Shown here one piece after another: positions 61,271-64,000 of a DNA stretch of 64,000 nt. The position numbers and the translations under genes are program-made. How positions within the stretch are numbered: position 1 is the stretch's first letter; each line of letters opens with the position of its first letter. The notes under the pieces are model-generated. The model saw only the letters and a program-made list of their open reading frames with translations, searched no databases and was not told the DNA's origin. Source of the DNA: Mobula hypostoma (lineage: Eukaryota); NCBI RefSeq assembly GCF_963921235.1, contig NC_086097.1:16864001-16928000 (forward strand), given 5' to 3'.

Positions 61271-62987
61271 TCAACTTGGTTGGTGATGTAAAAGATCTTG
61301 ATTAAAAGATCACACTCTTTTACTTTGAGGAAGGGCAAGGGAATTAGCTCCAGATACTGGCAAATATTTACCCCGATCAATATTACAAAGACTGATAAAT
61401 TTGTTGTTATATTGTTAATGCCTATGGAAGCTCAAGGTGGACGTTATAACCAATGCTGCTATCTAATGGCGGTAGAGCACATTGGAACGATCAGAGGCTG
61501 TAACAGGCACTATGGGACTCCAGCTTTCTTTTTTCCTTTTAATACTGAACATACTGTTTTAGGAAATAAACTGATGCCAGAAACATGGAAAATGCCATAA
61601 ATACTCAAAACATTGTTCGTTGATTCAAACTCTTCATTTAGCTTGGAGACAGTTTGTTTCAAAGGGTTGACCTAATGCAGGACTGGAATATTGCCTTCAA
61701 CATTTAGCTCAGAAGAAGAATTACTTTCCTGTTTTGACGAGGAACTGAAAAATAAACTGGCCCATCAGTTAGTAATAACAAAGAGCTCATGGCTGGGCCT
61801 TAGATCACAACTTGTTCCAAGCAGTTCTTTGTCCTCTGTCCATCTGTTGCTCAGATTACTTGAGAGTGACCTCTTGGTGTCACTGGACCCTCATCTGTAT
61901 TGCTAAGGTTGGCCCTCAGCCCCATGAAATGCAGCGGAAATCCCTGCCATCAAAACAGCAAGAGCAAATTTGAGCAATATAAATATTTGGAGTATTGCTC
62001 TCCTGATATTGTATCTAATGAAAAGTTAAATCTCTTGTGTGCCAGTGAACAACCTAGACCGCATTAGATTTTAGAACTATTACAACAAACATTTTTGACT
62101 TAGTAAGGAATTGAGAATGAATTCTGATTAAATCTTAAGCAACCATTTTTGTTGAATAAAATATTAGCAAGCAAGCTCACAATAAGCATATTACAATATT
62201 TCTTCTAAAAATGGTTTTGAAGAATTCATGAGAGTCATCATTTTACAGTGATATTTGTGCATTTTGATAGAATCAGAATCAAAATCAGGTTTAATATCAC
62301 TGTCATATGTCTCGAAATGTGTTGTCTTGCACCAGCAGTACATTGCAATACATAATAATAACTATAAATTACAATAAGGAGTATATATAAAAAGGAGCAT
62401 TAAATTAAATATGTCGTGCAAAAAGAGAGGGAAACATACTGAGGCTGTGTTCATGTGTTCATTATCCATTCAGAAATCTGATGGCCAAGGGGAAGTTGCT
62501 GTTTCTGAAATGTTGAGTGTGTGTCTTTAGGGTCCTGCACATTATCCTTGACAGTAGCAGTGAGAAGAGGGCATGTCCTGGGTGATGGGGGTCCTTTTTA
62601 AAGGCATTGTCTTTTGAAGATGTCCTGGATACTGTGGAGGCCAGTGTGCATGATGGAGCTGCCTAAATTTACAACTCTCCGCAGCCTTTTTACTGACCCT
62701 CCATGCAGCTGGTGATGCAGCCAGTTAGAATGCACTCCACGGTACATCTGTAGAAATTTATGAGTGTCTTTGGTAGCATACCAGTTCTCCTCAAACTCCT
62801 AATGAAACATAACTGCTGGCATTCCTTTCATCCTCAAAGGGGATCACGGATCCCCAGGTTCTCAGCATCACTGCAGGTACTGTTAGTAAAGACATATTCC
62901 TCTCAGATAAAAATGGGCTAATATTTCAAGTATGGCGTAGACCAATAATGACTCCTAAAGCAACAAAATATTATCCTGTTACTGTAC

Positions 62988-63295
62988 AGGGTAGCACATA
63001 GTGTAGTGTAACACTTTTCAGCACCAGCTATAAGGTCAGGGTTCAACTCCTGCCTCTGTAAGGAGTCGGTATGTTCTCCTCATGACCACATGACTTTCTC
63101 TGGATGCTCCAGTTTCCTCCCACAGGCTCAAAAACATTAAGGTTAGGCTTGGTAAGTTGTGGGCGTGCTATGTTGGCACGGAAGCACGGTGAGGCTTGCG
63201 GGCTGCCCCACCCCCACCCCGACTCCTTTGGACTGTGTTGGTCATTGTCACAGAATATTTCCCTGAATGTACACGTGAAAAATAAAGCTAAATTT
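62988..63295 (+). mobile_element. V-type SINE
   Basis: Similar to the copies at 12883 and 55480. Confidence 0.6.
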
Positions 63296-63449
63296 TACTC
63301 TTTAATTTGTGTGTTCTTCTTGTGGGTGCATTGCTGCCATCAGAAAAAGTAAGTTGTTGTGCATTCATGGATACTTCTTTGCATTGATCAGAGGAGCTGT
63401 CTAAATGAGGGCCTTCTTTTAAGCACGGGAATGACCTGAAGATTGGAAG

Positions 63450-64000
63450 TGTAGTAAAGTATGGTGATTAAGTGAACAAAGGGTGAGAATATATTCAAGT
63501 TTTGCTACTTAGGAAGCTGGGTGACATCAGATGGCAGGTGCAACATGGACATCAAAAGAAGAATAGGGATGGCAAAAGACACCTTTACGAGAATGAAGAG
63601 TATACTGACCAATACTAAACTAGGCATGACAACCTGCCTCAGAGTAGTGAAATGTTACGTTTATCCAGTTATGTTATATGGCTCAGAATGTTGGACAATA
63701 TTTAGTAACATGAGGAAACGAATTGAAGCAACAGAGATGTGGTTTTTGAGGAGGATGCAAAGAATATCATGGACGAAACGACTATCTAATGAGGATGTCA
63801 TGAACAGAGCAAACACAAGAAGAGAAATCATAAAAAGGCAACGTAACTTCATTGGACATGTGATTAGGAAAGAGGAGTTAGAATGCACGGTAATTATGGG
63901 AAAGATTGAAGGGAAGAAAGCAAAAGGAAGGCAAAGACAAATGATGATGGAGACAGCAGCCAGAGCACTGGAAATGAATACCAATGAATTGATCGATTTG
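63450..64000 (+). mobile_element. RTE-clade LINE, RT C-terminal fragment
   Basis: Plus-strand translation 'YPVMLYGSECWTI...RKRIEATEMWFLRRMQRISWT...FIGHVIRK...IMGKIEGKKAKGRQ', typical of RTE elements. Confidence 0.8.

Overview
Eukaryotic, repeat-dense vertebrate DNA. The mix of CR1 LINEs, HE1/V-type SINEs, Rex/Babar and Penelope elements points to a cartilaginous fish, probably a ray; this is inferred from repeat content only. No host protein-coding gene could be supported. Most of the window is retroelement-derived: one young CR1 with an uninterrupted ORF2, many decayed CR1, Rex/Babar and RTE fragments, tRNA-derived SINEs and a Tigger-like relic. The notable system is a Penelope-like (PLE; RT + GIY-YIG, Neptune-type) family. 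It is present as one near-full-length copy (19142-22894, minus), one 5'-truncated copy (27683-29628) and about 10 short derivatives. Its pseudo-LTR carries a minimal type I hammerhead ribozyme (UAGUC-CUGACGA-stem II-GAAAC-GUC/GACUG). Insertion junctions with 7-16 bp TSDs show two fixed element termini about 65 and 100 nt downstream of the predicted cleavage site, paired one long with one short in inverted inserts. Several short arms stop at or near the cleavage site. The long PLE ORF looks intact, but two compensating deletions put its catalytic YIDD out of frame.
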